From Neodothiora populina (taxonomy: Eukaryota): a DNA stretch of 64,000 nucleotides. The stretch covers positions 310,001-374,000 of the forward strand of contig NW_027191402.1 in assembly GCF_041146345.1 (NCBI RefSeq). The letters run 5' to 3'. The notes below the pieces were generated by a model. It did not search any database, was not told where the DNA came from, and saw nothing but the letters and a program-made list of their open reading frames with translations. The translations under genes were made by a program, and so were the position numbers. This document shows, one piece after another, positions 37,221 to 50,547 of this stretch (its first letter is position 1; each line of letters begins with the position of its first letter).

Positions 37221-39067
37221 GTGGTGTTTCGTCAAGTATCTCCTGGGTATGCAAAGATTGTATAGACGCGCCAGTGATACTATGAGGAATTCGCCAAAGG
37301 AGAATGGGTGGTGGTAGTTGTATAAAGCGGCAGCACCAATAAATACCAGAGAATCTGGTTGTATGGTATTGTAGTTAGTCAGACTTATTCTGCGGTATTG
37401 TAATCGAGGATTGGAGAGACAATAGAATCAATGAAGACAATTGTCGAATGATAAGGCAGACTCCTATTCTTCGATCACAGGACAATAGGGAGTTGGGACA
37501 AGTTACAATAAACTGCAGTCACAAAAAGACTTCCAAGGTTTATGGGGAAGAGCCGAGTCAGCAGCCAACTTGACGTCGCAACATGTACATACAGCAAGGC
37601 TACCTATATAGGTACTCTACGTACTGTTCGCGTGTGCCAATGCAGTGCCGTGCTATGAGATGAGTTAACCATCTGATCCTGTGTGCGTATTGTATGTCCT
37701 GCAGCTGTACTACAGGTACTGCTTTCAATAAGCCACTGTACCGCGAGATACTCTACTGTAATTATATCGCACTGGGCTTACACAACCGATGATCGGTACA
37801 TCACAAGTATAGTACATAAATCAGTTGCGTCTTCTTGAAGCGAACTATCCGTGCAAGATGCTGGGGATACAGAGGCGTGTCTGAGGCAGGATTCCAAAGT
37901 GGTCATTGACTCAATGAACTTAGCAATGTCATATCTGGTGAGGCATCCATGCTTTCCAGGCCGCCGGCCAGCGATGCTTTGTCATCTTACAGCGGGGCCG
38001 CCGCCTGTCCGGCTTTTCCGAAAAATGGCTATCGAACACCGCCTGTTTCTTCCCCAGGTTCCTCTCCAGAGTGCTTTGCTTTGGCACTCGTGCAGGACAG
38101 TTGCCAACTCAGCACTGCTCTGTTGTGCGGTTCCTCCAGTATTGCATGGATACCTAGATAGTCTCAACTTCCATCGAGTGCAGTTCAGTAACACGTATAC
38201 AATATACCGAGGTGGACTGTCTCACACATTTAGATTGATATAGAGCACGACCTTGGCAAGGCTAGCTGTGAAAGGTAAAGTTGCTGTATGGCGTGCCGTC
38301 TCCTGGGTACGATCTTTGTGAAAACCCAATCGGCCCACGGTCGAATAATAATCCGACACCTCCCTGCAGATTATATTTCAGCCACGCGTTATGTCATTGA
38401 TTCCTACGAGCACCTCCGTCATTTCTGTGTCTCTTGACTTCTTGCGACATCATACTTGAGCGCGCACAGCTCGGTATCAGAACCCCGGTTACGCGTGAGT
38501 GGTATCAGTGTACCCATCGATTTTAAACAGCATACCGAATATACTGCATTTCAACGCCTAAAATCACGCGCTTTGAAGGCTCTTCTGTGGTCTCTTCTTG
38601 CGTCATCATTGCATTGCACGTGGTCACATTTCGACGTGTTTTCACCCTCGGGAGATACAGTACTCGCATTTCGAAGGATATCATTGCGAAAGCGATAGAT
38701 ATCGTTCGAACGACCAGGCAAACAAGGCGAGTGAATAGCCATCACTGCTAGCATTGCAGCCATACGAAAGTGAGATTTGTGCCGTCGGTAAGTCATTACA
38801 AATTTGCCACCCGGAAGCAGACGAAATCGAAGCGTCGAAGGAGATTGTGTATTTGGGTGCGCGACCTACTCTTGTAACATAACTGACAGTGTTATCTATC
38901 AGCTGAGACTCGAAATTGATTCGTTTTGAATCACTGTTATAAATTTCAGTCGAGTATTGCGGTTTGTGGTTTCGCGAGAGTTGAGCGAAACTTGAAAGGT
39001 CGACAGAACAGAGGAAGTAGCGGGATCTGCAGGACTTACATTGCGTTACGGCCATACGTCAGACGTC

Positions 39068-41015
39068 ATGGCAGATGTTGCATCTCGACCAACTCAGAGC
39101 ACAATGTCTCCTCCAAAGGACATTAAGAGCCAACTGAAAAGTGAACCAGGTATGTACTAATCGTTTCTAATCTTGCAAGCTTATTGTATTGTTCTGGAAT
39201 TTGTTGTTACATGTTGCTGTCGTCGTCGCCGTCGCCGCCGCCGCCATTCGTGCGTCATACTGTTTCTCCATCTGTACCATCACATTTCGTCATCACAAAC
39301 CCCATCACCATCATCCGCAGCGTCATCTCCCGTCGCGTTGTAACAAACGCGCTCATTGTCATTATCAGCTGGTGCGCTCAGGTACTCGTTGCCGAGCGAT
39401 GGCATCTAATCAATTCGACGAAGCAAAGTGCTAATGTTGAAGCAGACCAAGAACAGCCGCTCCCTATCATCAGGCAGCCTGAGGACTCCAAGTCTGGTAC
39501 CGATCAAAAGGACGCAACGCCATCAACAACCAATGCGCCTCTTGCTCCACCCCCACGACCATCGCAAAACGGAACAGAGGGCTCGGATTATTTCGCGACA
39601 AACCACGGAACTCATCTCGCAAAGGAACCTAACCCCTTCGAGAACGCATTTGGCAACCCAGTCGAGACTCCAGGAAAGACTCAGTTGCCCGGCGTAACAA
39701 GTTTGACCTCACCAGCGCCTTTACTACCAGGCAACACTCCAGGTTGGGCAGGCTCTCTCCGGTCAGGCCCGCTAAGTCCTGCAATGCTGACAGGACCGAC
39801 TGGCGGCAACGATTACTTCAGCAACGATCACTTTGCTGGAAGTTTTCCAACGCCCAACGAATCGTCGCTCCGTACAGGGCTCACTCCTGGCGGGGGCGGG
39901 TCTATGTTCCCGCAGCCCAGTCCTAATTCTCAGGCCATATTCAACGCTATCCAGAGTGGTGGTGCAACGCCGGGAACCCTCGACTTCCACCGAACGGCGA
40001 TGCACGCGCGTGCAGCCAGCCAGGGTGGTAACACCTACACGATGCCTCAGCCCACTTCTCAGCCTCAGGACCCCAACATCCAGCCCAATCTCGACAGTAA
40101 AGGATTCGGTCCGCAACGGGAGAATGATTCCTTTGAGCAGCACGACGCCAATGATGCTGCAAATGGACTTTATCTACTGGCCCAGGCTAGGAGAAACCCT
40201 GGTCAACCCCAGTCCTATCCCCCTCCTCCTCAACAGCCTCAGATGAGCTACATGGGTAACAACTCGCACATGTCAAACCAGATGGGACAGCAGTCTCACG
40301 AAAACTCGCCCCATATGGCAAATCGTGCGGCCAAGAACTCGGTGACAAGCAACATGTCTGGATCGACGCAAAACGAGCAGGGCGACTTCTCCGAAAGTGG
40401 GCACAGTGAAGACACTAAGCCTGCAGCCCGGAAAGGCGGCAAGAAAGGCTCGAGTGTCAAAGCGCCCAACAATGGACGCAGAAAGGCCGAGGACACTCCA
40501 GCCAAGGGGCCCAACAAGAGGCAGAAGGGCAACCATGGTGGCATGAACATGCCTGAGGATGAAATGGACTCGGACGACGATGATGAGAACAAGCTTGGTG
40601 CTGATGGTAAGAAAATGACGGACGAAGAGAAGCGCAAGAACTTCTTGGAGCGAAACAGGTACGTTGTGTGCGAGCATTCTTTTGCCTTTCATAGATTGCT
40701 AATTTCGATCGCAGGGTTGCGGCACTCAAATGTCGTCAACGCAAGAAGCAATGGCTTGCGAATCTACAGCAAAAGGTCGAGATCTTCTCGACGGAGAACG
40801 ACGCCCTCGCAGCGACGGTGACGCAGCTTCGCGAGGAGATTGTTGGGCTCAAGACGCTTCTTCTGGCACACAAAGAGTGTCCAGTATCACAAGCCCAAGG
40901 CATAAGCGGCATGGCAATGCAGAACATTGCTGGAGAGCCACATCAGTTCGCCAACCCATATGGCATGATGCAGAGTATGCAGCAAGGCATGCCCCAGGCA
41001 AACATGAGAAGGTGA
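39068..41015 (+). CDS. atfA: ATF/CREB bZIP stress transcription factor AtfA/Atf1; exons 39068-39149, 39446-40658, 40715-41015
   Basis: EPNPFE, LRSGPLSPAML, RTGLTPG (Aft1 OSA/HRA/HRR domains) and the bZIP EEKRKNFLERNRVAALKCRQRKKQWL. The N-terminal exon is less certain. Confidence 0.92.
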
Positions 41016-41807
41016 CCAACCGGCGGGTACGGAAGCCAGCAGTCTGGCCACCACGCGCCGGCTCGATATCAGGACAGATAAGCGTTGTGGTGAAAGAGTG
41101 AAGCTCAGAGGCTCGTATCAGGTGTGGTTGCGGCGAGAGTCGCTCGGCACGGTGTAGATTGATCAGAAGGCTTGATCGTCATTCGCGCTGAAAGAAACCC
41201 TTACCTTCGTTTAATCATCTGTACAGGTCAGTTTCTTCAGGGAGTTTATTGAATACAAATGGAGGGGATCCGGCGTAAGGTGGGCTGCAGATAGTGAAGG
41301 TCTGGACTGGGAGGGGTGTTCTGTCACTGTATTTATCCAAGAAATGAATGTTCTAAAGTCAGAATAATTAGGAGAAGCGTAAGATTTTCTGTTACAAAAC
41401 ATGCTGGATTTACCTCAGTGTTGCGAATATAACATCTGATCTGCCGGGGCTGCTGTATCTTTGTACAAGTGCAGTGTATCTCGATCAAGCTTCGCAAAGT
41501 GGGAGGATTGCTTGAAGCTCCAAGTCGCAGATCATGGACATGTGTGCGCATTTATCTCATCGATATGATATGATAGCTCGTAATTGCAGGACAAAAGGGA
41601 AATTGACAGGCATTAGATGTAGGTGATAACGTAGGATCACCGAGTTCAGGACCACAGCAAGGTATATCTCCAATCTGTCTTGGCTTTCCCCAAACAACAA
41701 ACACGTCCACCAAGCATCGCGCGTCAGAAACACTTTAGAAGTTGTGGGTGAATTGCAGCGATCGCACACGACAGAACCAGACTATATACGTCGGCCACCC
41801 ATGCTCG

Positions 41808-44800
41808 ATGGCGGCTCGAGAGCAGCGCGTAGACGACGCGTTGCAGCAGTTGATATGTCGATTGATACCATTTGATGAAGAAGTCGAGGACGAGGCGGCA
41901 GAAGAGCAGCGGCTCGAGGAGGGGCTGCTCTTTGCGCGAGACACAATAGGCAGGCATGATCCTTCTCTGATACGCAATTTGCAACATGCAGCCATGTGCA
42001 TTGCTGCGTGCTTTTGTTCATGAAGAGCGAGCTTGACTAATTGTCAACTTTACATACAGGCAGAGACGTCGTCCCTGGAACCGCAGAAGATGTGAATCAT
42101 GCCGCCGACCTGATCAAGAAGAAGCTTATCCGCGAGAACGACCGCCCCGACAAAGCAGCTAAATTCTCCAATCTGTATTCACGTTTGTTGAGCCAGCCAG
42201 TCCTCACGCAGAAATGGGCAATTCTGTATTTTCTGTATCGAATGGTGGATGCGCCAGACAGCATTGGCCCGTCAGCCGAGCCATCGCCTTCGCCAGCCGA
42301 AGCACAAGACAGCGACGTCGCCAGAGCAGGCGCTGAGGCGCAGCGAGCCAGATCGAGAGTCGACGAGACACGAGAACGCGACCGCCATGAACGTGGTTAC
42401 TCTGCCGACAGTCCGGCCTTTAATGCTGCCTTTTCGCGCAATGGTCTGCCAAACATCTCCCGGACCGGAGAAGAAAAGGAACCGCAACGGAAACAGCATA
42501 ACCCTCTCCATCAACATCAACAGCAACATCAGCAGCAACATCAAAGGCAGACCTCCTTGACCGGGGCCCGGATCCCTGCGAACTCGCCATTGCGACCACG
42601 ATCCGTCCAGCAGCAGCAGCTCGAGCAACGTGCGTCTGTATCGTCCGAACTCGATTCGACAATCTTATCAGGCCCGAGCGAGCCACAACTGTTGCGTGAT
42701 CTACCTTTCACACTTCAAGGTCTTTCCTCAAATAATCTGTTGTTCGCTGGTCCGGCGTCTCTCAAATTGCCCCCAGCTTTGCCTGTACCAATCCTCAGCT
42801 TGCTGCATACTTTGGCAGAGCCGTCACTACTATACAAGAGTCTATCGTCCTTTGTCGAGTCATCCGATGGTGGCTTGGTCGCGCAAAGTCTGCGTTCTGC
42901 CATTGCTGCCGAACTACGCGCATATCTGGGCCTTGTGGCAACTCTGGAAGGTCAGATCAGGCGGGCATTGACGCAGCTTGCTGGTTCACCGGGGAGCCGT
43001 GGACTAGGAAAGGCAGGTGTCACATTGAAGAGATGCGTTGTCTGGACTAGGGAGGCTACGATGGGCTTACGGCTGATGAGCATGCTAGTTGAGGAATCAA
43101 AAGGTGAGCAATCTTCGATAAGTTGCTAGTCAATACGCTAACAACATGTCAAGGAAAGAAAGGAGGCGAGTTGATTTCGTTGATACACACATACTCATCG
43201 TCTCATGGTGACCCGTTCGTCTACACCTTTGCCGAGCGTCTTCTCCTTCACGTTACCAAGCCATTCTATGCGATGCTACAACATTGGATTTACGACGGCG
43301 AGCTGGAAGACCCCTTCCTAGAGTTCTTCGTTGAAGAAAATCACGACCTTGATGAGCTTAGTCTCGACCCTCGCCGAGGTGGAGGCGCGACAAGTGTTTG
43401 GGAGGACAAGTACAGGCTCAACGAGTCCATGATCCCCTCCATTCTCACCCCCGACTTCGCCAAGAAGATTTTCCTCATTGGCAAATCACTGAACTTCATC
43501 AGCTATGGTTGCGGTGACTCCGTGTGGGTGGAAAACCATAGCAAGGACTCATCGCAGGAGCTAAAGTACGGAGACACCACAACGCTCGAGTCGTCAATAG
43601 ACTCGGCATACAAGAGGACCATGGCACGTCTGATTCACCTGATGGACACCAGATTCAAGCTGTTTGAGCATCTTACTGCTCTCAAGAAATATCTGTTGCT
43701 AGGCCAGGGCGACTTCATTGCTTTGCTTATGGAGTCACTTGCCTCCAACCTGGACAGACCAGCAAACAGCCAATACAGACACACGCTGACGGCCCAGCTC
43801 GAGCACGCTATCAGGAATAGCAACGCACAATACGACTCACCGGATGTACTGCGACGCCTCGATGCGCGCATGTTGGAATTGTCTCACGGAGAGATCGGCT
43901 GGGACGTCTTCACACTGGAGTACAGGGTGGACTCACCCTTGGACGTCATTGTCACACCTTGGGCGTCGAAGCAATACTTGAAAGTCTTCAACTTCCTCTG
44001 GCGCATCAAGCGAGTCGAGTTTGCACTAGGCAGCACGTGGAGACGGTGCATGACCGGCGCACGAGGAGTGCTGGGAGCTGTGGGCGATAAAGTTGACGCC
44101 GATTGGAAGAATGCCAGAGGCGGTATCGCAGAGATGATACATTTCGTCAGTCAATTGCAGCACTATATTTTGTTCGAGGTGATAGAGGCAGGCTGGGAGG
44201 GGTTGCAGAGAGCGATGCGAAACGTGAGTCGACGTCCCTGATCTATAGCTTTTTGACAATTACTGACGTTTTCTCTTTTTATTCCAACAGCCGGACGCCA
44301 CACTCGACACGCTGATATCGGCGCACACATCCTATCTACGCAGCATTACCCGCAAAGGACTTTTGGCATCGTCCTCCTCACAACACCAATCCGGGTCTTC
44401 AACAACAGGAGCAGCAGCAACGCCCGCAGCCGCAGCGACAGCGTCATCACCCGATTTCACGATCCAGCTGCACGAACTGTTAAAGCTGATGCTAGCCTAC
44501 AAAGACGTAGTGGACAATCTCTACTCATACTCCGTAGCAGAATTCACGCGTCGACAAGACCTCGCCGCCAAGATCGAGACCAGAACAGCGGCAGGCGGAT
44601 GGGGCATCAGCGAGAAGGACAACAACAATAACGACACGTCAGCAGCCTCATCCCCGGGTCTCGACAACAGCAGAACCAACAACAGACAAAGGAATAGCCG
44701 CAAGCGCGACCGCGAACCCTCAGACCCGGACTCCCCAATCCCACCCCTCGTCCCGCCCCTCTTCCCACCCTCTGCCTCATCCTCATCAACAATCCGAAAC

Positions 44801-45121
44801 CAAGTCGACGAAACCTCGATGCTGCTCCAGCTGCGTGAGAGACTGAAGAGTCTGGCAGATGAGTTCAGAGTCAGAGTCAATGTCTTGCTGGGCGATCTCG
44901 CTTATCAGCCGGATGTGGATATGAGGTTCTTGGGCGTGGTCATGAATTTCAATGATGTTTATTCGCCGGTTAGGAGGGGGAGGCGGCGGACGAATGCTGC
45001 TGGTGCTGCCAATGCCAATGCTAATGTTGGTGGTGGTGGCGCCGGTGCAGGGGGAGATGGGAAAGAGAAGGATAAGGAAAAGGACAGGAGTAGGCAACAA
45101 CAGCAGCAGCAGGGTAGATGA
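41808..45121 (+). CDS. SPC98: Gamma-tubulin complex component GCP3/Spc98; introns ~41950/41954-42059/42063 (GC-AG), 43104-43153, 44224-44290
   Basis: LLRDLPFTLQG, HGDPFV, WIYDGEL, ALKKYLLLGQGDF, GWDVFTLEY and QYLKVFNFLW GRIP-domain motifs. Confidence 0.9.
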
Positions 45122-45498
45122 CGAGTGCAAGGGGGTTATATCATTTTGTTCCACTCCCCCTTCCGTCCTCCTCAGAGGCTAGCCACGCCCAGTCAGCTAG
45201 GAAGTGGAAGTTGTACCACGATAGATGTTGAGAAACAAATGATGAATCACTCGGACTTGCCACCACACGAGCGAGTCGAGATCAAAAACAAGCTGCTGCA
45301 TTAACGCTCTGCGCTTGAAGCGTTTCGTCCTACACCGCCCACTATTGATAACACATGGAAAAGACAGAAGTGAAAAGTGTGAAATATAGTCTTCATTGTA
45401 TGCTCTCTTGCATGCATGCATGCTTGCTTGCTGTACTCAGACTACATACGTGATACGATATAATATATAAACTGTATTCTCGGGCGTCTCTATCGCCA

Positions 45499-46941
45499 TC
45501 AATCACTATAATCATCATCACTAGAAGACGAGGAAGAATCAGAGTCCGAACTACTGCTCGAGTCCAAATCCGAGTCAGAGTCGGATTTCGCAGACTTTTT
45601 CTTCTTGTCGCCGTTGACTACTGCTGCTTTTGCCATTTTCTTCTTCTCCTTTTTCTTGTCGTCGCTGTCGCTGTCGCTGTCGCTGTCGGAATCGCTGCCG
45701 TCGCTGTCGCTACCGCTGTCCGAGTCGCTGGAGCTGTCACTGTCACTATCGGAAGTAGCGGTTCGGGACTTTCTCTTCTTCTTCCTCTGTCTAGCCGTAG
45801 CGGGTATGACAGGTTCAGACTTCGAGACGGCAGCCGAGCTACTGGCTCTGGCTTCGTCTGCGCCATCGGCGAGTAGAGTCGTCAGGAGTCTCGTCGCGCG
45901 CTCGTCTTCTTCCTTTTTCTGGCGTAGCGTGTTGAGTCTGTCCTCGCTCTTCTTCTTGTCGTCGGCGGGATGTTCGAGCTCTCTCTTCTCGGCGGCCTCA
46001 AAGGCTAGCTTTCTCGCGGCCGGGTCGTGCATGGGGTCGTCTTTTGCCTCGGGGATTTCTTTACGGATGAAAGCGACGCTCTCGGTAGCGAGCGATCGCG
46101 CGGCATCCTTGAGTCGCTGGCGGGCGCCTGCGCCTTGTAGACCGGCGATGTAGTGGACTAGGGCATCGTTGAATTGAGGTGGCACGCGGTAGATGTTGAA
46201 GACGTTCTTGAGCAGGTCGTTTTGTTTTGACTTGTTGAACTTCCAGCTGGATTTGGCGTTGTAGTAGGTGTCTAGATACTGTACGTATTCCGGGAGGGGC
46301 TTGTTGGTTGGTTTGGCGGTCCGGGTCTTGGGTTTCTTTTCTGTACTTGGTTGTTGCTGCTGCTTGGACTTGGACTTTGCTGCCTTGGCCGGCTTGGTGT
46401 CTGGATTTTCGATCGAAACCTCGGTAGACTTGGTGGTAGACTTGGTGTCTGACTTGTCGCCATCCTTGCTCTTGCTCTTTTCGACCTCGGAGGACGAGGA
46501 ACTCTCGACATTCTGGGCACGCCACTTCTTGTCTTCTTGCTCCTGTGCTTCAATGTAGTTCTGCTCGGCTACCCAGGCTCTGAAGGCATTCTGGGCGGTG
46601 TCGCCGTCTTCCAACTTGGTGTCGTTGCTGAACGTCACCGACTTGCGACGAGCGGCGTCCGATTTGACTGGAGACTTCTTGATGCTGCTGGGAATGGACT
46701 TTTCGGGCGAGGCTGTGTCACGAGAAGCCGTCTTCCTCCTCTTCGGCGTAGTCAGGGGCGCTGATGAGGCGTCATCGTCGTCGTTGTCGTCGCTATGGGC
46801 TCGCTTGGATTTGTTTTGAGGAACAGCAGGCTGTTCTTTCAGAGAAGCAGCCTGGTTCACCGGCGAAGGAACGTCTTTGGCGTGTTTAAGCGTCAGACCG
46901 AGTCTCTTCCACGCCGGTACATGCTGTCCAGCCGTGGACAT
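45499..46941 (-). CDS. WKF-domain nucleolar protein (C7orf50/Ycr016w-like)
   Basis: N-terminal HVPAWKRLGLTLK, SSWKFNKSKQNDLLK and YIAGLQGAGARQRL, with SD-repeat and lysine-rich tails. Confidence 0.85.
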   Translation of the reverse strand: MSTAGQHVPAWKRLGLTLKHAKDVPSPVNQAASLKEQPAVPQNKSKRAHSDDNDDDDASSAPLTTPKRRKTASRDTASPEKSIPSSIKKSPVKSDAARRKSVTFSNDTKLEDGDTAQNAFRAWVAEQNYIEAQEQEDKKWRAQNVESSSSSEVEKSKSKDGDKSDTKSTTKSTEVSIENPDTKPAKAAKSKSKQQQQPSTEKKPKTRTAKPTNKPLPEYVQYLDTYYNAKSSWKFNKSKQNDLLKNVFNIYRVPPQFNDALVHYIAGLQGAGARQRLKDAARSLATESVAFIRKEIPEAKDDPMHDPAARKLAFEAAEKRELEHPADDKKKSEDRLNTLRQKKEEDERATRLLTTLLADGADEARASSSAAVSKSEPVIPATARQRKKKRKSRTATSDSDSDSSSDSDSGSDSDGSDSDSDSDSDSDDKKKEKKKMAKAAVVNGDKKKKSAKSDSDSDLDSSSSSDSDSSSSSSDDDYSD

Positions 46942-47500
46942 GATTGAGGAATTGATGAAGAAGATATATTCTCATCGGCTTATGTGTAAGATCTAAGCGC
47001 AGACAAAGACAATGGACGGATGTGTCTTGATACAAAATAATTGCTATATGGATAAAGTCAAATCAAAATTCATGTTTCATGAGGAAATATTCCATGTTCC
47101 CGTTTTAGGAAGTAGCGGGATGCGGAGGAGGAAAGAGCTGGACCGATGGCCGACTACCGACGCTCCGACGGCCAGCCCTAGGGCTAAGGGCCAACCAGTT
47201 CTTGTGTATGACGGACACAGTTGTACAGGCTGATAGGGCAGTCGCTGTCTGTACCTTCCAGTAAAGCTTGGGGACGCGCGATACCGAAGCTGCCTGTTCT
47301 GTTCCATCTGCTGTATACATTCGCATGCTCGGTGTCATTTGATTATTTGCTTCACACAATCCATCCATTAACAAACATCCGCAAAACACCCATCAGTGCC
47401 AGCACCAACACACATTCTCCATCTCCATATCAACTCGGCCTTGTCGACCTGAAAACATCCGCCACTTACACAGGCCTAGACCTAACCACAAACGCCCACC

Positions 47501-48596
47501 ATGTCTGGTACATCACCCATACTACGATCCAACATCCACCGCCATCGCACAGAGAATCAGCAGCTGATCATATTCATCCTATAGGCAGCGCGGGCTTCGA
47601 CAGGCACATCACCATCTTCTCTGACCAAGGACGTCTCTATCAAGTCGGTGCGTAATCCCAGTCACTCTAGTTCCATACATCGCCATCCTCCATCACATTC
47701 GTCTAGAAACCTTCTCTCTTCCTGGTGCGGACCCAACTAACTCATTTCGGGGGAAAAGAATATGCCTTCAAGGCCATCACCGCCGCCAACATCACTTCGG
47801 TTGGAATCAAGGGGAAGGACTGCGCCGTGGTAATCTCACAGAAGAAAGTCCCCGTACGTCTATACCCCCGAACACCCCTGTAGCCAGCTACGACTGGCTT
47901 CCTGCGCTCTGGCATCGTCTAACAGCCTGACAGGACAAGCTCATCGATCCCGACTCGGTCTCGTACATCTACAAACTCTCCCCGTCGGTAGGCTGTGTCA
48001 TGACAGGATCCATTGCCGACGCGAGAGCTTCTGTGAACAGAGCAAGAGGCGAGGCTGCCGAGTTCAGATATAAGAATGGCTACGAGATGCCGTGTGACGT
48101 CCTGGCGAAGAGATTGGCAAACATCGCTCAGGTCTACACGCAAAGGGTATGTCGCAACCATCTTTCCTGCACAAACATAGTGTAACCCTCGTACTGATCC
48201 GTCACGCAGGCCTACATGCGTCCGCTCGGAGTCGCGACAACTTTAATATCCCTGGACTCTGAGTTCGGTCCTCAGCTATACAAGTGCGATCCCGCAGGCT
48301 ACTACGTCGGCTACAAAGCCACCGCGTCGGGTCCCAAGGCCCAGGAAGCTATGAACCACCTAGAAAAGAAGCTGAAGAACAAGCAATGCGCAGACGGCAA
48401 CTGGGAAGAGGTCGTTGAACTCGCAATCACCACTTTGAGCACTGTCCTCAGCGTCGATTTCAAGAAGGGCGAGATCGAAATCGGCGTCGTGGGTGCTCCC
48501 CGACCCGGTTCCGATCAGGCTCCCAGCCCGCAGTTCAGATCTCTCACGGAGGAGGAGATAGACGACCGCCTGAACTCCATTGCCGAAAAGGACTGA
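47501..48596 (+). CDS. SCL1: 20S proteasome subunit alpha-1 (PSMA6 type); exons 47501-47507, 47585-47647, 47759-47853, 47934-48146, 48210-48596
   Basis: [36 protein letters not shown] and [11 protein letters not shown]. Confidence 0.95.
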
Positions 48597-49712
48597 GCTC
48601 ATGGACGCACCCTCCACCACACGTTCAACCTGCATGGAGACGCGAGCGTACACTCCGCACGTAGTCGCCGACTCGGCTTGCCAAGAAAGCCAAGCACCTG
48701 AATCGGGGGCGCATCGGCACCACCTTCCTGGAAACATATTTCGACTCAAGGCGCTACAGCTGTTCTCTTGCTGCACCTCGCGGCATCGTTGACTCGTAGC
48801 GAAATTGATCGGCCTGTATATCATGCACACCTCTGTAGGGTCGTCCCACTTCGACTATAATGAATCTGTTTCCTTATCGCATCACTTCCCGCTCTCGTTT
48901 CGTAGTGACCCTTGCCTGTCTCCAGCCGGTTCCCAATTAGTCCACTCTCAGCCACGCTTTCTGAGTCCTCTGAGCTTTGCTGTCTCGCTCTTGGCCCACA
49001 AACCTGCCAATCAGCAGTGCCCGTGGCGCCTCTAGCTTTCCACCCCCTCTAGCCGTTTACCTCTGTCTTCCATCATAGATCACGCACCCGCTAAGCCCTG
49101 TGCACGTGGAATAGTACCCTTTAATCGCGGTACTTTAGACTTCAGGACATGACCGACAAACCCGTACTATGCATAAACCTGGGTCGCTTGCGCTTGCATC
49201 GACAAGTTCACTCCCACACGTGGCTTGCCAGCACTACCATGTGTCAGGTGGAAGCTATAGCTGGAATCAGCCAAGTGTGTTGAGCCCTCTTACCTTTCGA
49301 GGTTAGGACTTCTCCAGTGTCGTCTTGACTCTGCGGCGCTGTGACGTCTTGAACCGTAGTGGCACCGCCCTCTTTCGAACCGCGAGCGGTTCCCTTATCC
49401 TACGCCAGCGTGTCAACCTGAGTATATCGTCTCTAAATCTGAATTCTTGTGTTTAATTAAGAAACGTCCGATCGGTATGCTGCCGTCTACTCTTACCGCT
49501 GCCATGATCTCAGCTTCGGATTGTTCACTGGTATAAGGTGACCTATGAGCATGGAGCCTTCCTTTACCTTACTTGTCAAGGAATCCCGAGAACGAAAAAA
49601 GAAAGATATCATCCCCTTGAACCCAGCCCTCATTAAGGGATTGACACATAGACACACTGCCCTGCCCATTGTCATTCCTCTCGCCAGTCACCATCTTTAA
49701 TCCTTGCTTTTC

Positions 49713-50547
49713 ATGGCCGACGGATGTTCGTAATCTCATCATCTACTCTTTGCCCCATGCCTTGTCGTCGTGCTGACTTCACCCAGTGAACCAAGCCCGA
49801 GCTATGAGGGTGGCTGAAATCATTGACGATTTCAGAAGCATACAGCACTTTCTCGCCTCTATCAGAGCGAACCCATCGGCGCATGTCTATTACGAAGAGG
49901 GTTATGCCGTGCTTCGTCAATGTGCCTCAGATTCCCAGGCACTGCTCAGTCAGCCTTTTGATTCGCAGGCTTTCGGTCCACATGGGGACGAGGAGGAGAA
50001 AAAGTCCCAATTGCGACGGTGAGTCTTGTCCTCTCGGTTTGGAATCCTTTGGTTTTATCTACTGACATTCGCACAAAGGGTCATCTTGGATGCCAGCGTC
50101 AGGCGCTTTGAAGCCCAAAGGATATATCTCCGAGCAAGCGCTGCGCTGCGCTGGGCAGAGTCTCGCAATGCCATACTCAGAGGCAACTTACCGCAAATGG
50201 TACACCAACCGGCCTTGAACCAGATACTCAACACCCTGCGCGCTGTAAGTAATGTGTGCTTCAACCTTGGGCACTGGCCGTAGAGAGATGATGCTGCAAT
50301 GGGGCAACAATCTCAAGCTGCGCGGTCGCAAACAACCTCTGAATGCTTAGCCCAATGCATCGCATTCAGCCTCAAGGCTAGCCTATCGTTTCATCTTATG
50401 CTAATTCATGGAATACAGGAACTTTGTTCGATCACCACAGAACGAGTGGAACTGTCTCTTCGCTCGAAAGACATCTCACAAGGCAAATGGGTGGCTGAAG
50501 ACCCTGGACTTCAGATCATGTATCGACTGCTTCGTACAGATCATTGA
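49713..50547 (+). CDS. Conserved Pezizomycotina hypothetical protein; exons 49713-49725, 49787-50018, 50079-50244, 50419-50547
   Basis: Three GT-AG introns join the ORFs into MADGLNQARAMRVAEIIDDFRSIQ..RRVILDASVRRF..GKWVAEDP. Confidence 0.75.

Noticed and set aside
38803..38811. Perfect yeast PACE/Rpn4 site (GGTGGCAAA, minus strand) upstream of atfA
   Set aside because: It is a single 9-mer and I did not see it in the proteasome or NPL4 promoters in this window, so chance cannot be excluded.
39369..39381. 13-nt candidate microexon (CAG|CTGGTGCGCTCAG|GTACTC) in atfA intron 1
   Set aside because: Weak donor and branch point, and inclusion shifts the frame with the nearest acceptor. No further support.
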